This document shows positions 20,793-32,120 of a stretch of DNA of 64,000 nt, one piece after another. The stretch lies in IMG/VR virus record IMGVR_UViG_3300029305_003084; one strand, written 5' to 3'. The translations under genes were made by a program, and so were the position numbers. Each line of letters begins with the position of its first letter. The first letter of the stretch is position 1. Under the pieces are notes generated by a model that saw only the letters and a program-made list of their open reading frames with translations, was not told the origin of the DNA and searched no databases. The stretch comes from a virus (Duplodnaviria; Caudoviricetes).

Positions 20793-21551
20793 GTGTCAAT
20801 GTTTTATGATAGAGATGAATTTGAACTTTCATCAAATGTGGAATTTAATGACTTATTAGTCGAATTACCATTTGATTTAATTAAAGAAAGTATCATAGAA
20901 CAAATTAATGACCCTGTAAGTAGTAGAACTAACTATATTGATGTCATTTTAGATAAATATGAGGTTTTTAAACTCCAATATAGTGAAGATGAAGATATTA
21001 TTAATGAATTAGAAGAACATGTGCGTTCATTCTTTATTTTTATTATGGAAGCAATGGATAATAAATTTAATTTAGGATTAGATTTAAATGAAATTGCAGG
21101 ACGTAAAGATATCGTAAATATTGGTGAATGTCTATATAAATATTTCGTAATTCGATATGTAAAAAATATTACTCGATTTATTACAAAATTTATTTTTAAA
21201 AATAAGAAAACTTTTGTGAATTATTATAATGATAAAAATAAAAAAGATGTTTCTACATTAGCATTTAGAAAACAGATTAAAAATAATGATGATTTAATTA
21301 TTATTACATGTCTTCCTTCTATTATTAAAGATATTATTGGGATGGAAGTTGAATCGGAAGATTTTGTTATTCTAAGTGCTGGTAATGGTAATTATGAAGC
21401 ATCTGTTGTAAAAGAATTAATTTATTCTAGTAGATTAATTGGCGATTTTTATAAACCATATATTTCTATGTGTGTAGATTCTTATGATTATATTATCGAT
21501 GAACTACAGACAGAAATTCGTATTAAAATTCTTAGTAAAATTTCAGAATAA
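20793..21551 (+). CDS. Hypothetical late protein
   Basis: ORF with late promoter 20749-20760. Confidence 0.55.
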   Translation: MSMFYDRDEFELSSNVEFNDLLVELPFDLIKESIIEQINDPVSSRTNYIDVILDKYEVFKLQYSEDEDIINELEEHVRSFFIFIMEAMDNKFNLGLDLNEIAGRKDIVNIGECLYKYFVIRYVKNITRFITKFIFKNKKTFVNYYNDKNKKDVSTLAFRKQIKNNDDLIIITCLPSIIKDIIGMEVESEDFVILSAGNGNYEASVVKELIYSSRLIGDFYKPYISMCVDSYDYIIDELQTEIRIKILSKISE

Positions 21552-21627
21552 ATATTCAGATATACCTGTATAATAATATAGGTATATCTGTAAAATAATT
21601 TTAGAGAAGGGGAGAGAATATTATTAT

Positions 21628-22074
21628 ATGTTTAAATGGCTAAATAGGTTCCGAAGACCTGAAAAACGATACGATAGTAATGGTCATCTTATATATTATG
21701 ATGATAGACGTGGTCATGTGACTCACTATTATTATAATGGCAATGATCAATTAATTGAAAGAGTTTATAATGGATATTGTGAATTATATAACGAGTATGA
21801 TGATAATGGTAATTTGACATATAGATCACTTTATGGTGAAAAAGAATGGTGGACTTATAATGAGTCTGGTTATTTAATCAGGTATGTGTCATCAAAAGGA
21901 ATTGAAAGAAACATTTTTTATTATAAAAATGGTGAATTAATACAATATATTGAAAATGGAGCAATCGCATGGAATTATATTGGTGATAATGAAATTGAAA
22001 TTAATCAAATCATCAATAAATATATGAATGATATACCTAATGCATTTTCTGACATTTTAGGTGAATCAATTTAA
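21628..22074 (+). CDS. Small YD/RHS-like repeat protein
   Basis: Five repeats of Y(D/N)..G.LI.. (YDSNGHLI, YNGNDQLI, YDDNGNLT, YNESGYLI, YKNGELI). Confidence 0.55.
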   Translation: MFKWLNRFRRPEKRYDSNGHLIYYDDRRGHVTHYYYNGNDQLIERVYNGYCELYNEYDDNGNLTYRSLYGEKEWWTYNESGYLIRYVSSKGIERNIFYYKNGELIQYIENGAIAWNYIGDNEIEINQIINKYMNDIPNAFSDILGESI

Positions 22075-22118
22075 ATACATAATACATTTTATTAATACTT
22101 TTATTGGAGGAATTTATA

Positions 22119-23165
22119 ATGAGTGAAGAAACTAAAACCACAAATAATGATATGATTGTATTAGCTGATGAAATTGAAACGCTACCTACTAACACATCCA
22201 TTGATTTAAATGATGTAGAACCTGCAGTAGATGATGAAAATGAAGACTATGGTGATTTAGTAGATTCTAATAATAAAAGAGCATTCGAATTATTCAATAT
22301 GAAGTCTAAAATGAATGATATTAAGCGTATTGCTGATGATATTCAAGAAAAGACTAAGACTGTTATTGAGAATGAGGATGAATTATCTGTTTTTGATGAA
22401 ATTGCACTTAAATTTGATGATGATGAAATTGAAAAATTAACGGATGAAGCAATTGAAGAGATTTATAATAACAATGGTAATCCTATTGAATTAAATTTTG
22501 AATTCGAGAATCCTGAAGATACAAAAGCATTCAAAAGAGATTTCCTTGAGTTTAGAAGACAGTCTATTTTAACAACAAGAACTCTAAATGAGGAAATGGA
22601 GAAGATGAATAAAATCTTCGAAGAGAGTCAAGCAGAGTTAGACGAAATTGTTGAAAGATATGGTAATATGGATAATCTTATCCGTACCACCCTTGAAGAT
22701 AGACTAGAAGAAGCTGATACTGAAGAGAAAAAGAACTTAATTAAGAAATTAATCAATAATTTTGACTATGCATTATCTTTAGATAATATTAAGGACTTTG
22801 TAAATAGCTACAAGGGTCGTAGTATTATTGGTTATTATAGAGATGATAAGAAATCACAGTACATCTATAAAGGATATCGTAAGATGTGTGATGTATATAA
22901 AATTAAGACTGATCTTGCAAAGTTTGGTGGTCTTGAAGAACAGGTTATTGGTGAAGAATATAATAAGAGACCTAATATTTTCTTATTTACAATCATGTAT
23001 TACATTTCTACATTTGCAAATAAGGAAGTTGATAGAACAATTGGTTTATTCTTAACTCAGTTAACCATTAATCTAAAGAATCTTATTTATAATAAGTTTG
23101 AAGATGAGACTACGAAGGAAACTTTTAGTAATAACATCAAATCAGTTATTGAAATGATTGGTTAA
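22119..23165 (+). CDS. Acidic coiled-coil hypothetical protein
   Basis: GGAGG RBS before MSEETK. Confidence 0.55.
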   Translation: MSEETKTTNNDMIVLADEIETLPTNTSIDLNDVEPAVDDENEDYGDLVDSNNKRAFELFNMKSKMNDIKRIADDIQEKTKTVIENEDELSVFDEIALKFDDDEIEKLTDEAIEEIYNNNGNPIELNFEFENPEDTKAFKRDFLEFRRQSILTTRTLNEEMEKMNKIFEESQAELDEIVERYGNMDNLIRTTLEDRLEEADTEEKKNLIKKLINNFDYALSLDNIKDFVNSYKGRSIIGYYRDDKKSQYIYKGYRKMCDVYKIKTDLAKFGGLEEQVIGEEYNKRPNIFLFTIMYYISTFANKEVDRTIGLFLTQLTINLKNLIYNKFEDETTKETFSNNIKSVIEMIG

Positions 23166-23252
23166 ATAAAAAACATTAGGGTAATAAGAGACATAGTTGC
23201 TCTTATTACCCTATTTGTATTTAATTTCCATATAATTAAGAGGTGATATTAT

Positions 23253-23987
23253 ATGTTACAAAATTATGTAAAAAATGACGGTACTAATTTAATTTTTACT
23301 GGACATTATATGGAGTTTTATATACCAGAATATTATTTTGAAAATTCATATGCTGTAATTTCTGGTTCATCTATCAATGTACTTGGTTTATTACACTATA
23401 GTATTTTTGATAGTAAAGATAAAGAATTAGAGCATAATATTATGAATTTACCTACATTTATTACTATGTATTTTAAAGATATTAAAAAGAAAGATGTAAC
23501 ATTATCAAAAAGTCCGAATGCTAAACCCGAATCTTGTAGAGTCATTCCATTTTATAAGAATGATCTAATTATGGAAAGTAATTTGCAGAAAGATTCTTCT
23601 AATGCTGAAAAATTTCTTAAAATGTTATGTGCTGGTAAGATTCGAAATATTCCATATGATAAATTATTTGATGTATGGGAAAAGAATCTTCAATTAAATA
23701 ATGTTAAGTTTGGTGCTCCTGCAACAATTCTTGAAGTTATTATTGCACAATTATGTCGTAATGGTAATAATATTGATGAAAAGTTTTCGGTACAATTAAC
23801 TCGTGATCCAAAAACGTCAATGTATGCTTATAAACCGGCATCAATTAAAGAACTATGCTCTAAAAGTTCTACGTTTGCGGCAATATCATTCCAAGATATG
23901 GACTTTATGTTAACATCTTCACTAAATATGAATAAATATAATAAAGATCAATCTGAAAGTCCATTAGAAAAAATTATGAAATACTAA
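23253..23987 (+). CDS. Probable stand-alone extreme C-terminal fragment of an RNAP beta' subunit (virion RNAP?)
   Basis: NNVKFGAPATILEVIIAQLCR and SSTFAAISFQDMDFMLTSSL resemble beta' GVKINDKHIEVIVRQMLR and SFISAASFQETTRVLTEAA; late promoter 23172-23183. Confidence 0.5.
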   Translation: MLQNYVKNDGTNLIFTGHYMEFYIPEYYFENSYAVISGSSINVLGLLHYSIFDSKDKELEHNIMNLPTFITMYFKDIKKKDVTLSKSPNAKPESCRVIPFYKNDLIMESNLQKDSSNAEKFLKMLCAGKIRNIPYDKLFDVWEKNLQLNNVKFGAPATILEVIIAQLCRNGNNIDEKFSVQLTRDPKTSMYAYKPASIKELCSKSSTFAAISFQDMDFMLTSSLNMNKYNKDQSESPLEKIMKY

Positions 23988-24020
23988 TTTTATCTCATTT
24001 AATTGCTATCACGTAATTAA

Positions 24021-24032
24021 AACAATAAAGTA
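24021..24032 (+). promoter_or_regulatory. Late promoter AACA-N6-TA (representative; also 4133, 6426, 6527, 8672, 20749, 23172, 38118, 46319, 47547, 59917 on plus; 29196-29207, 34388-34399 on minus)
   Basis: Exact motif just upstream of structural operons; same consensus as AR9 non-virion RNAP promoters. Confidence 0.7.
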
Positions 24033-24099
24033 AATAATAATATGCATTTCTTTTTATATACTAGCATAATATTAAATATGTGTAAAGGAGGATGTAATC

Positions 24100-25965
24100 A
24101 TGCCTAGAGTTGGACAGATTATTCCGTCTTATCTGGTTCCTCACGTTCAGACTTATATTAATGATAACTCTTTAATTTCTGAAACTCCTGTTGAGGCATC
24201 CGATCCTGCTGTAAGACTACTTTGTGTATTCACTTCAGCAAAGGGTGAGGACGGTGTTATTAAAACAATTGATAATGTAGCTGACTATATTGAAGAATAT
24301 GGTACTCCCAATTTTGCATTATATGGTCAGCCTTGCTATATGCCTTATGCTGCTTTAAGTAGTGGTCGTGCTAAGGTCCATTGTATGCGTGTTATGCCTG
24401 AAGATGCAGCTTATGCTAATGTGGCTATTTGTGCATATACAAAAACTGTAACTGATAGTGAAGGTAATACTAACTTTGTTGTTAAGTTTGAAGCTGTATC
24501 CGTTGAGAATTTAACTGATAAAGATTCTTTACAGGTACAGTTAGATGAAATGGCTGTATTACCCCCTGAAGTAAATGATGATGGCTATAATGTATATCCT
24601 TTATTCATTGCTTCTGCTAAGGGTAGAGGTCAGTATGGTAACTCTTTCCGTATTCGTGTTGTTGGTGACAATATTAAGAATACTGAGAATGAGCACCAGA
24701 ACTATATCTTTGAGATCCTAGATGTTTCTTCTGGTAGTTTAACCATGAAGGAACAGCATCGTGGCTCTTTCGACTATAGTGCTATCGTTAATAACTCTTC
24801 ACTATTATTCGACGATATCATTGATGACCCTGAACTAGGTAGTGACTATATTACAATCATTACTGAATCCAATAACTTTATCCGTATTTATGATGAATAT
24901 AATAAGGTTATTGGTATTAGCGATGAAATTAACATTCCTAGCTTTAATGATTGTAATTTATTTAACGGCTTAACTAAGAATGGTTCTGCTATGCCTGGTT
25001 TTATGGTTGATCCTGATTCACCTGTAACTTTAGATACTACTATTGGTATTTCCCTAGTTGGTGGTACTGAAGGTTCTATTGGTGTTGAATCTGAAGATCG
25101 TCTAGCCACTATTGACAGTCTATATCTGGCTGCATTCAATAGAGAAATCAATCCCTTTGTTAGCAGCAAGAGAGCAATTCCTTGTGAATTAATTCTAGAC
25201 GCTAACTATTCTGAAGAAGTAAAGCTAAAGTTAGCTGAACTTGCACTAAGACGTTATGATGCTCGTTGCGTTATTGACGCAGGTATCGTAACTACTGTTG
25301 CACAGGCAGAACGTTGGCTCAATAGACCCACTATCAAAGCATTAGATGATTTTATCATTTCTAAGGAAATTACTCATAAGAAGATGCGTGATCCTTTCAC
25401 CAATAAGATTATTACTGTTACTTATACATATGATCTAGCTGAACAGCTACCTGCTCATTATATCAATGTCGGTAATCAAGTTCCCTTTGTTGGTGAGGCA
25501 TATTCTAGAGTAACTAATTATATCCCTCATTCAATTAAGCCTGCAATTGATGCAGACGACCTAGAACTAAAGGAAACTTTATATCTAGCTCGTTGTAACT
25601 TCATTGAATGCGTTGCAGAGAATACTTATGTACGTAATGTTCAGGGTACATCTCAGACAGCATGGACTGATCTATCTGAAGAAAATAATGTTGCGGTTCT
25701 ACTTGAAATGAAGCGTATGCTTGAAGAGTTTGTTTCTACTCGTCTATATAACTTTGCTGAAGCTGAAGATCGTGTCAAGTTCACTGAAGCTGCCGATCGT
25801 ATGTTCACTGATTTTAGACAGAGTAAGGTTCGTTCCTATCAGGTATACTTTGATATGAATGCATTTGAAGAAGAACGCAATATTCTACATTGCTATCTAT
25901 CTGTAGTCTTTAAGACTATGGCTAAACGCGGTATTATTGAAATTGATATCAATAAGCGTGTCTAA
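24100..25965 (+). CDS. Tail sheath protein
   Basis: 621 aa; N-terminal P.V..YI.D, G.PNF..YGQ; sheath-type C-terminus (LYNFAE...YQVYFD...LHCYLSVVF....IEIDI). Confidence 0.85.
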   Translation: MPRVGQIIPSYLVPHVQTYINDNSLISETPVEASDPAVRLLCVFTSAKGEDGVIKTIDNVADYIEEYGTPNFALYGQPCYMPYAALSSGRAKVHCMRVMPEDAAYANVAICAYTKTVTDSEGNTNFVVKFEAVSVENLTDKDSLQVQLDEMAVLPPEVNDDGYNVYPLFIASAKGRGQYGNSFRIRVVGDNIKNTENEHQNYIFEILDVSSGSLTMKEQHRGSFDYSAIVNNSSLLFDDIIDDPELGSDYITIITESNNFIRIYDEYNKVIGISDEINIPSFNDCNLFNGLTKNGSAMPGFMVDPDSPVTLDTTIGISLVGGTEGSIGVESEDRLATIDSLYLAAFNREINPFVSSKRAIPCELILDANYSEEVKLKLAELALRRYDARCVIDAGIVTTVAQAERWLNRPTIKALDDFIISKEITHKKMRDPFTNKIITVTYTYDLAEQLPAHYINVGNQVPFVGEAYSRVTNYIPHSIKPAIDADDLELKETLYLARCNFIECVAENTYVRNVQGTSQTAWTDLSEENNVAVLLEMKRMLEEFVSTRLYNFAEAEDRVKFTEAADRMFTDFRQSKVRSYQVYFDMNAFEEERNILHCYLSVVFKTMAKRGIIEIDINKRV

Positions 25966-25988
25966 TCTAGAGAAAGGAGTGAAACAAT

Positions 25989-26822
25989 ATGGCAAGAGTA
26001 AATACACTTCAGTCTAATATTAAGAAGTATGATTCTGATTTTATTAAAAACTATTCCATCTTCCTAGGTGGTCTAAATGCTACTCATCAGTCTTTACAAC
26101 AGTATGATCCTCTAAAGACTGGCTATTCAAGAATCTTTTTCCTGAAGATGCCTACTTTTATGGAAACTATTATGCCTGATGAGACTAAGCGAATTCGTCA
26201 TCTAATGGAATATGGTTTTACTCGTATTGACGGTCTAGGTAATACCACTCTAGACACTGAACAGATTACTGGTGGTTACACTGGTCGTTCTTTTGAAGTT
26301 GGTACTGTTGCACGAGACGAGACTGCCAATATCACTATTTCTCTATATGAGTTCTCTGGTTCTCCTGTTCGTGAGTATCTAGATATGTGGATTTCTGGTA
26401 TCTCTGACCCCTATACTGGCTTAGGTCACTATCATGGTGCTATGGAACTAGATAGTACTATTAAATATAGCCAGCATAACCATGTTGCAGAAGCAATTTA
26501 TGTCACTACCGATCCTACTGGTAAGGAAGTTGAATATTGCTGCTTACTAACCAACATGTTCCCCAAGTCTTCTAAGGCAGACCAATTTAACTATGAATCC
26601 GGTCAGCACGCTATTGTTCAGACTGATATCGAATTTAGTGTTGTTAAGTATCAATCTCCTCAGATTAATACTATTGGTAAAGCACTAATTGATAAGTTCC
26701 AGGTAATGACTGACTACCTAGACTTTGAATCTGAATACAGCAAAGCTGATGTTACTGATAAGCCTAAGTATAGAATGCTTAACTGGGCTGATAAGTATAA
26801 CAAGAATCTCACTGAAGATTAA
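25989..26822 (+). CDS. Tail tube protein
   Basis: Directly after sheath; ITISLYE.SG.PV...LDMWI.GI.DP.TG, NMFP, IEFS tube-like motifs. Confidence 0.75.
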   Translation: MARVNTLQSNIKKYDSDFIKNYSIFLGGLNATHQSLQQYDPLKTGYSRIFFLKMPTFMETIMPDETKRIRHLMEYGFTRIDGLGNTTLDTEQITGGYTGRSFEVGTVARDETANITISLYEFSGSPVREYLDMWISGISDPYTGLGHYHGAMELDSTIKYSQHNHVAEAIYVTTDPTGKEVEYCCLLTNMFPKSSKADQFNYESGQHAIVQTDIEFSVVKYQSPQINTIGKALIDKFQVMTDYLDFESEYSKADVTDKPKYRMLNWADKYNKNLTED

Positions 26823-26909
26823 TTATAATCTCATATCCAGAGTTTTATCTGGATATGAGAATTTATTTTCCCATATATGAATATAAAATATTCATATATG
26901 GGATATTAT

Positions 26910-29153
26910 TTAATAACCTTCGTTTGAATTATTACCGGATTTATTTATTTTTGACTCAGCATCTTCTTTTGCAAGTTCTAATTTGGCATTTCTATATTCT
27001 TCATCTACCATAGTCCAATCAATCATAGGTAACATTTTACGGAATAGTCTATTGTATAGTCTATCCTTTAATCTATTATCATCATTAGATTGATCAGCAG
27101 ATTCACCAGTAGATGCTTTAATTGCAGCATTAACAACAACATCTGTATTATTAATTAAGTCACCTAAGTTGTTAGTATTGAGTGTCTTAGGAGTATTGAA
27201 TTTAAATTCAAAAGAATCGATAGCTTCCTCAGAAATACTAATATTAGAATGCTTAATTAATAATTTATATAATTGAGTAGTGGGTTCATTTAAGTCAATC
27301 TGAAGACTAATGACACGAGCTAAGAATTTTGAGTTTGCCATAACAAGGGTTTTTGCGTAATCTGCCTCATTAATGAAATTCATAATGACTGAAGGACAAC
27401 CAGTACCATTTACCATGTTCTGATGTAACATTTCCATTAAATCAGTATTTAAAGGAATATCTTGACCAGATAAAATGTCAAATTCAATACCTCGTTCACC
27501 ACTACGACCAGTAGGAATAAACAATTCTTTATTAGCACCAATTTTTGAAATAATTGAATTATAATTCAATAAGTCCATAAAATTAATTTGTCTACCCTTA
27601 ATAGATCTTGCAACTTCCTGAACTTTATTCGTGATATTTTGATCAATGCCACTATTTTTAATATAATATACACGAGTATCATTACTCTTAGTAATAATAC
27701 TAATCATTTTAAATACTAATAATGCTAGATATAACTTAGCGTAAAATAATGAATCCTTTAAAATAGATTGACCTTCACCGTTTTCATCCTCATTAATATT
27801 GTATTCTACAACATATTCTGCAGGAATGAATTGGAATCGTAATTCTCTTTTATATAGATCATTATACATTAGAGCATTTAAAATGAGTTCTTTAAACTTA
27901 GCATTAGTTTCTAAGAATTTTTTATCAAAAGATTTTACAATTTTATCTGTAATTTTAGATAAGAATACGGTTTCAATATCCTCTGTATTCTGATATGTAC
28001 CACTACCACCTCTTATATTAGTTACAGTAATTGTAGTAGAAAAAGGTGATTTGTTAATCTGGAAATCAGTACCATGTACGTAATAATAACCAATAGTAGT
28101 ATCTAAAATTTTAACAGGAATCATTTGTCTTGGATCAATATATTTAATATAACATCCAGAATATTCATCGAACTTATCAGATTTAGTCTTTTTTGTGTTA
28201 TTTAAATCAACTGTACCGTCTGATGTTGTTGGTTCAAGATTTTCAGTATATTCTGATGTTTTCTTTTTAAATTGTCTATGATCCATTAATTCAGCTAAAT
28301 CGACACCTTCAATTAAAGGAATTGATACACAATCATTAATGACATTAATATCTTTTGTAATATCATTAACAGTTTCTGTTAATGATTTTTCATTAATATT
28401 TGTTTTACTAATAACATCATCAGATCTCAATGACTTAATGAAATCGTCATCAATAGACTCTTTTACATTAAACATGTAGTGTGGATCTTTATTTTTTTTA
28501 TCATATTGCTCTTGGAAAAGTTTAGAATATGGACATACATATACATAGTATTTACCATATGTCAAAACATTAGGAACAATTTGATTTTTTATCTTAGTCA
28601 ATAATTTAAGCTTCTTTTCTAAAGTTTCAATTGTATTGACATATGATGCTTGTTGCTCTGCATTATCAATTAAATTAGAGAATGATAAAGTTCGTGAAAC
28701 ATCATTTGATATATCATCAGCAGTAACAATAGCATCTCGGAATGATAATACTGCTTCTTTCAATTCAAACAACTGAGTTTTAATCATATTTAAATCTTCA
28801 TATAAAAGATTCTGATTCTGATATCGTTGTTGGAAGAATTGGAATAACCCTGCTTCATCATTTTCAAAAATATCGTTGATTGTTTTTACATTCGACTTCT
28901 CTTTATTATCAAAATCATTAAATAATTTAACAATAAATGTACTCATCTCATCCGAGGTAATACTCTTAGTATTGTTAATCTCATTTTTAATGATTTCATC
29001 AAAATCTCGTGAAATTTGATTTATTTGACGCTGGTTTCTATTATCTGTTCCATAGATATTAGAAGATAATGTATCGATAGATTGATTGAATAGATTATTC
29101 AATCCAATTATTTTCTTTTTTGACTTCTGTTCGTCTTTATTTTCTTTAGCCAA
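26910..29153 (-). CDS. Portal protein
   Basis: IITKSNDTRVYYIKNSG...ELFIPTGRSGERGIEFDILSG matches T4 gp20-type portal motifs; TTG start at 29153 after AGGAGG; late promoter 29196-29207. Confidence 0.7.
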   Translation of the reverse strand: MAKENKDEQKSKKKIIGLNNLFNQSIDTLSSNIYGTDNRNQRQINQISRDFDEIIKNEINNTKSITSDEMSTFIVKLFNDFDNKEKSNVKTINDIFENDEAGLFQFFQQRYQNQNLLYEDLNMIKTQLFELKEAVLSFRDAIVTADDISNDVSRTLSFSNLIDNAEQQASYVNTIETLEKKLKLLTKIKNQIVPNVLTYGKYYVYVCPYSKLFQEQYDKKNKDPHYMFNVKESIDDDFIKSLRSDDVISKTNINEKSLTETVNDITKDINVINDCVSIPLIEGVDLAELMDHRQFKKKTSEYTENLEPTTSDGTVDLNNTKKTKSDKFDEYSGCYIKYIDPRQMIPVKILDTTIGYYYVHGTDFQINKSPFSTTITVTNIRGGSGTYQNTEDIETVFLSKITDKIVKSFDKKFLETNAKFKELILNALMYNDLYKRELRFQFIPAEYVVEYNINEDENGEGQSILKDSLFYAKLYLALLVFKMISIITKSNDTRVYYIKNSGIDQNITNKVQEVARSIKGRQINFMDLLNYNSIISKIGANKELFIPTGRSGERGIEFDILSGQDIPLNTDLMEMLHQNMVNGTGCPSVIMNFINEADYAKTLVMANSKFLARVISLQIDLNEPTTQLYKLLIKHSNISISEEAIDSFEFKFNTPKTLNTNNLGDLINNTDVVVNAAIKASTGESADQSNDDNRLKDRLYNRLFRKMLPMIDWTMVDEEYRNAKLELAKEDAESKINKSGNNSNEGY

Positions 29154-29262
29154 AACTAGTACCCTCCTTTTCAACCATCTATCTGCATATTAATTTATAT
29201 AGATGTTTAAATGATGCATAAATACTAAAAAAATAAAAGCGGGAAATAAATCCCGCTTTTAT

Positions 29263-29871
29263 TTAAAATTTAATACACTGATAGATATGGTTAGATACTA
29301 ATACTTTTCTATCAACTTTAATATGCATACGGAATACATTAGAAAGTGAATCGTCATAAAAGCGAATTTGTACTTTATGAGATTTCTTTAATCCTGGAAT
29401 TATTTTTCTAGAAATTCTAGACATATATTGGTCACATTTAAGATCAAGAATCTTATTTTTTGTTAAATCATAAATGTCGTCTTCACTTAAATTGATAATA
29501 TAGTGAGATTCATTGAATTGTTGTACAAATGTAAGCATTCTTATACATGACCAATCATATTTATTTAATTCAGCAAATGTATATCCAAATGGTTTATTAT
29601 TAATATAGAACATTTCGTTCTTATATTCATATTCACTGATATCTTTTCGTCCAGTTTTTAATAATTCATATAAATCTCTAGAGTCAAAGCCTTGAATTAC
29701 AGGTTCATTATATAAATTAAATCCACAATCAATATAATGCTTACCAATAAGATTATTATCACCAATGACAAGATTATTATTCATAAACATGTAGTTATCA
29801 AATATATTCTTTGCCTCTTGATTAAAGTCATAGATTTGTTTAACTTGTCCTTTTACGAAATTAATTTTCAT
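29263..29871 (-). CDS. Hypothetical protein downstream of DNA polymerase subunit
   Basis: ORF with RBS; terminator 29233-29262. Confidence 0.55.
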   Translation of the reverse strand: MKINFVKGQVKQIYDFNQEAKNIFDNYMFMNNNLVIGDNNLIGKHYIDCGFNLYNEPVIQGFDSRDLYELLKTGRKDISEYEYKNEMFYINNKPFGYTFAELNKYDWSCIRMLTFVQQFNESHYIINLSEDDIYDLTKNKILDLKCDQYMSRISRKIIPGLKKSHKVQIRFYDDSLSNVFRMHIKVDRKVLVSNHIYQCIKF

Positions 29872-29883
29872 ATAATTGCCCTC

Positions 29884-32000
29884 TTATTCAATATCAATTT
29901 CAATTGGATCACCAATAAATAACTTCTTTACATAATCAATAATGAATCTCTTTCTAGGTTTGATTTTAAATTCTTTACGGAAATCTTCTTGTACGGTATT
30001 AACATCAGGAAGATTAAACCATTTATGAGCAACAGAAAGTACATCTCCCGTTAAATAGTTATCCATAAAGTCTTTACCACTATCATAACCCATATTTAAA
30101 GTATTAACTTCATCTTCATCATCTTCGTCATCATCATTATCTACTCGATCAACAATCTTATCATCAACAAACATATGACCATAAGTGTCTTCAGTTATAC
30201 TAGGAATAATTAATTTACCTATCATACTACAACGTTCAATATTATGTGCAATGATAATATGCGGATACATCGAGCTGAAATCCATATCGATAACATTATC
30301 GAATACATACATTGAAGGCATACCGAATAATTTATATCCAGTATGTGAATTTAGTAAGGGATTACCAACCACCGCACCAGTGAAGCCACTTTCTGCATCA
30401 GGAGTAAAAATATTGACATTATTACCTAGTATATATCCTTGCAAAATATATTCATAATAAGCCCTTGACTTGAGCATCGTTTATGTTCACATAAGGTCGT
30501 TAATCTTATGCCGTTCTCTTATGAACTGCTATATGTTACCATATAGACCAGACTATATCATCATCTCAATATTGAGATGTCTCCCATTTCCACTCACTTG
30601 AGTGTACGTCTTTCGACTAGTCGTTGAACCTTCTCTTATGATTAAGAGCTTGGCTGCTGATTGTCTCAATTGAGAGTTTCCAGCAATTAAAGAGATTTGC
30701 AATATATGTCACCATATAATGGGTCTATACATTAAACCGTTTCTTTGAATATATTATCAGGACTTGTACAGTTTGCACTAAAACGAATATATAAATTTTC
30801 TATATCATTTACCTTTCGCTCAATGCCCATCTGTAATAAGGTATCCTTAATGTTATAAGCAACAAACTTGCGATAATTAATATAAGGAAGTGTTTTAATA
30901 TTTGCTTCATCGGTATAGTCAAGCTTTGTATCTTTTAATTCTTTTTCTGCTATATAATTAAGAGCATTAGAACGAAGTTCCATTTGTCCTTTTCTTGTAG
31001 CAGCATAAAGAATCATTTGATCAATAAATTTTGTATATCCAGATATTTTAAAACTGGAAGATTTATTTTTAACTGCATAGTTTTTTGTATCAATATGCAT
31101 GTTATATTCTTTATATCTGAAATCTGGATGACACATTACACTAGTTGGATCAAGATTTAATACCTTTAATCTTTCAATAATATATGGAAGGTCAAACCCA
31201 AATCCGTTATACACTAGACAATAATCACGTTTAAGAGTATTAATCAATCGAAACACATTTATGATAAGATCTCTCTCATCATTATACATATATATCTTAT
31301 AATCTAAATAACCATAAGACTCATCAAACATATCATGTAACTCAACTACAAAATTATCAATATCAGCAACAAATTCTTTAATTAATGGATTATTTTCATT
31401 ATTTAAAAGGAATGTATAAACTGTTTTTCCTTCATCATCAACAACTGATACTGCATTGATTGGACATTCACCTTTTGTCGGAACACCAATATGATCAATG
31501 ATATCAACCTCGATATCTAGATATGTCTTTGTAATTGGTTTATTTAAATCATTTTCATAATTCAAATGCCACATGATTCGATACCATGTATCAATTGGTA
31601 TATCTGAACCAAATACATAAGGATATGATTGAATTCTAGATAATTCCCGATACTGTTTTGTATCAATCAATCTTTTTAGTTCATTTACATACTCTTCACC
31701 TGCTTGTTTTGCAATATACCAGGGAAGACCTTTAAATTGACAAGTGTGTTTTTCACATTTCGAAATTTCCATATGTGTCTTATTATATGTATAATTTCGA
31801 TATTCATTTTTTAAGAAATATATTTCTATTTCAGGATTCAAAATACTTTTTAAGTGTTTTTCTCCTGTTTTTAAATCTTTATATATAATATCAATACAGT
31901 CTACTCTATCATTATCTTTATTTGGTCTATGATAAATTACATCTAGTAACATAAGAGAATCTTTATTTGGTATGTTTCCTAGAAAATCCATACAATACAC
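29884..32000 (-). CDS. Family B DNA polymerase, N-terminal subunit (3'-5' exonuclease + motif A), spliced: exons 32000-30735 and 30477-29884
   Basis: ExoI LDIEV, ExoII YNGFGFDLPYI, ExoIII YNIKD, motif A DMDFSSMYPHII; in-frame join ETV|MLKS. Confidence 0.88.
30478..30734 (-). mobile_element. Group I intron 3 (DNA polymerase), ORF-less, 257 nt
   Basis: GGTT|...GACC P1; conserved cores; ends ATAAACG. Confidence 0.9.
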
Positions 32001-32080
32001 ATCCTTCTATAAGAAAGTTATAATAAAGTTTATGGCTTTATAACTATATAATATATATTTGAAAATGAGATTAAAAATAA

Positions 32081-32119
32081 AAAAATAAAAGGATAAATAT
32101 ATTTATCCTTTTATTTTTA
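32081..32119. terminator. Terminator closing array 1 transcript
   Basis: AAAAATAAAAGGATAAAT-AT-ATTTATCCTTTTATTTTT; T-run on minus strand. Confidence 0.7.
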
Positions 32120-32120
32120 T

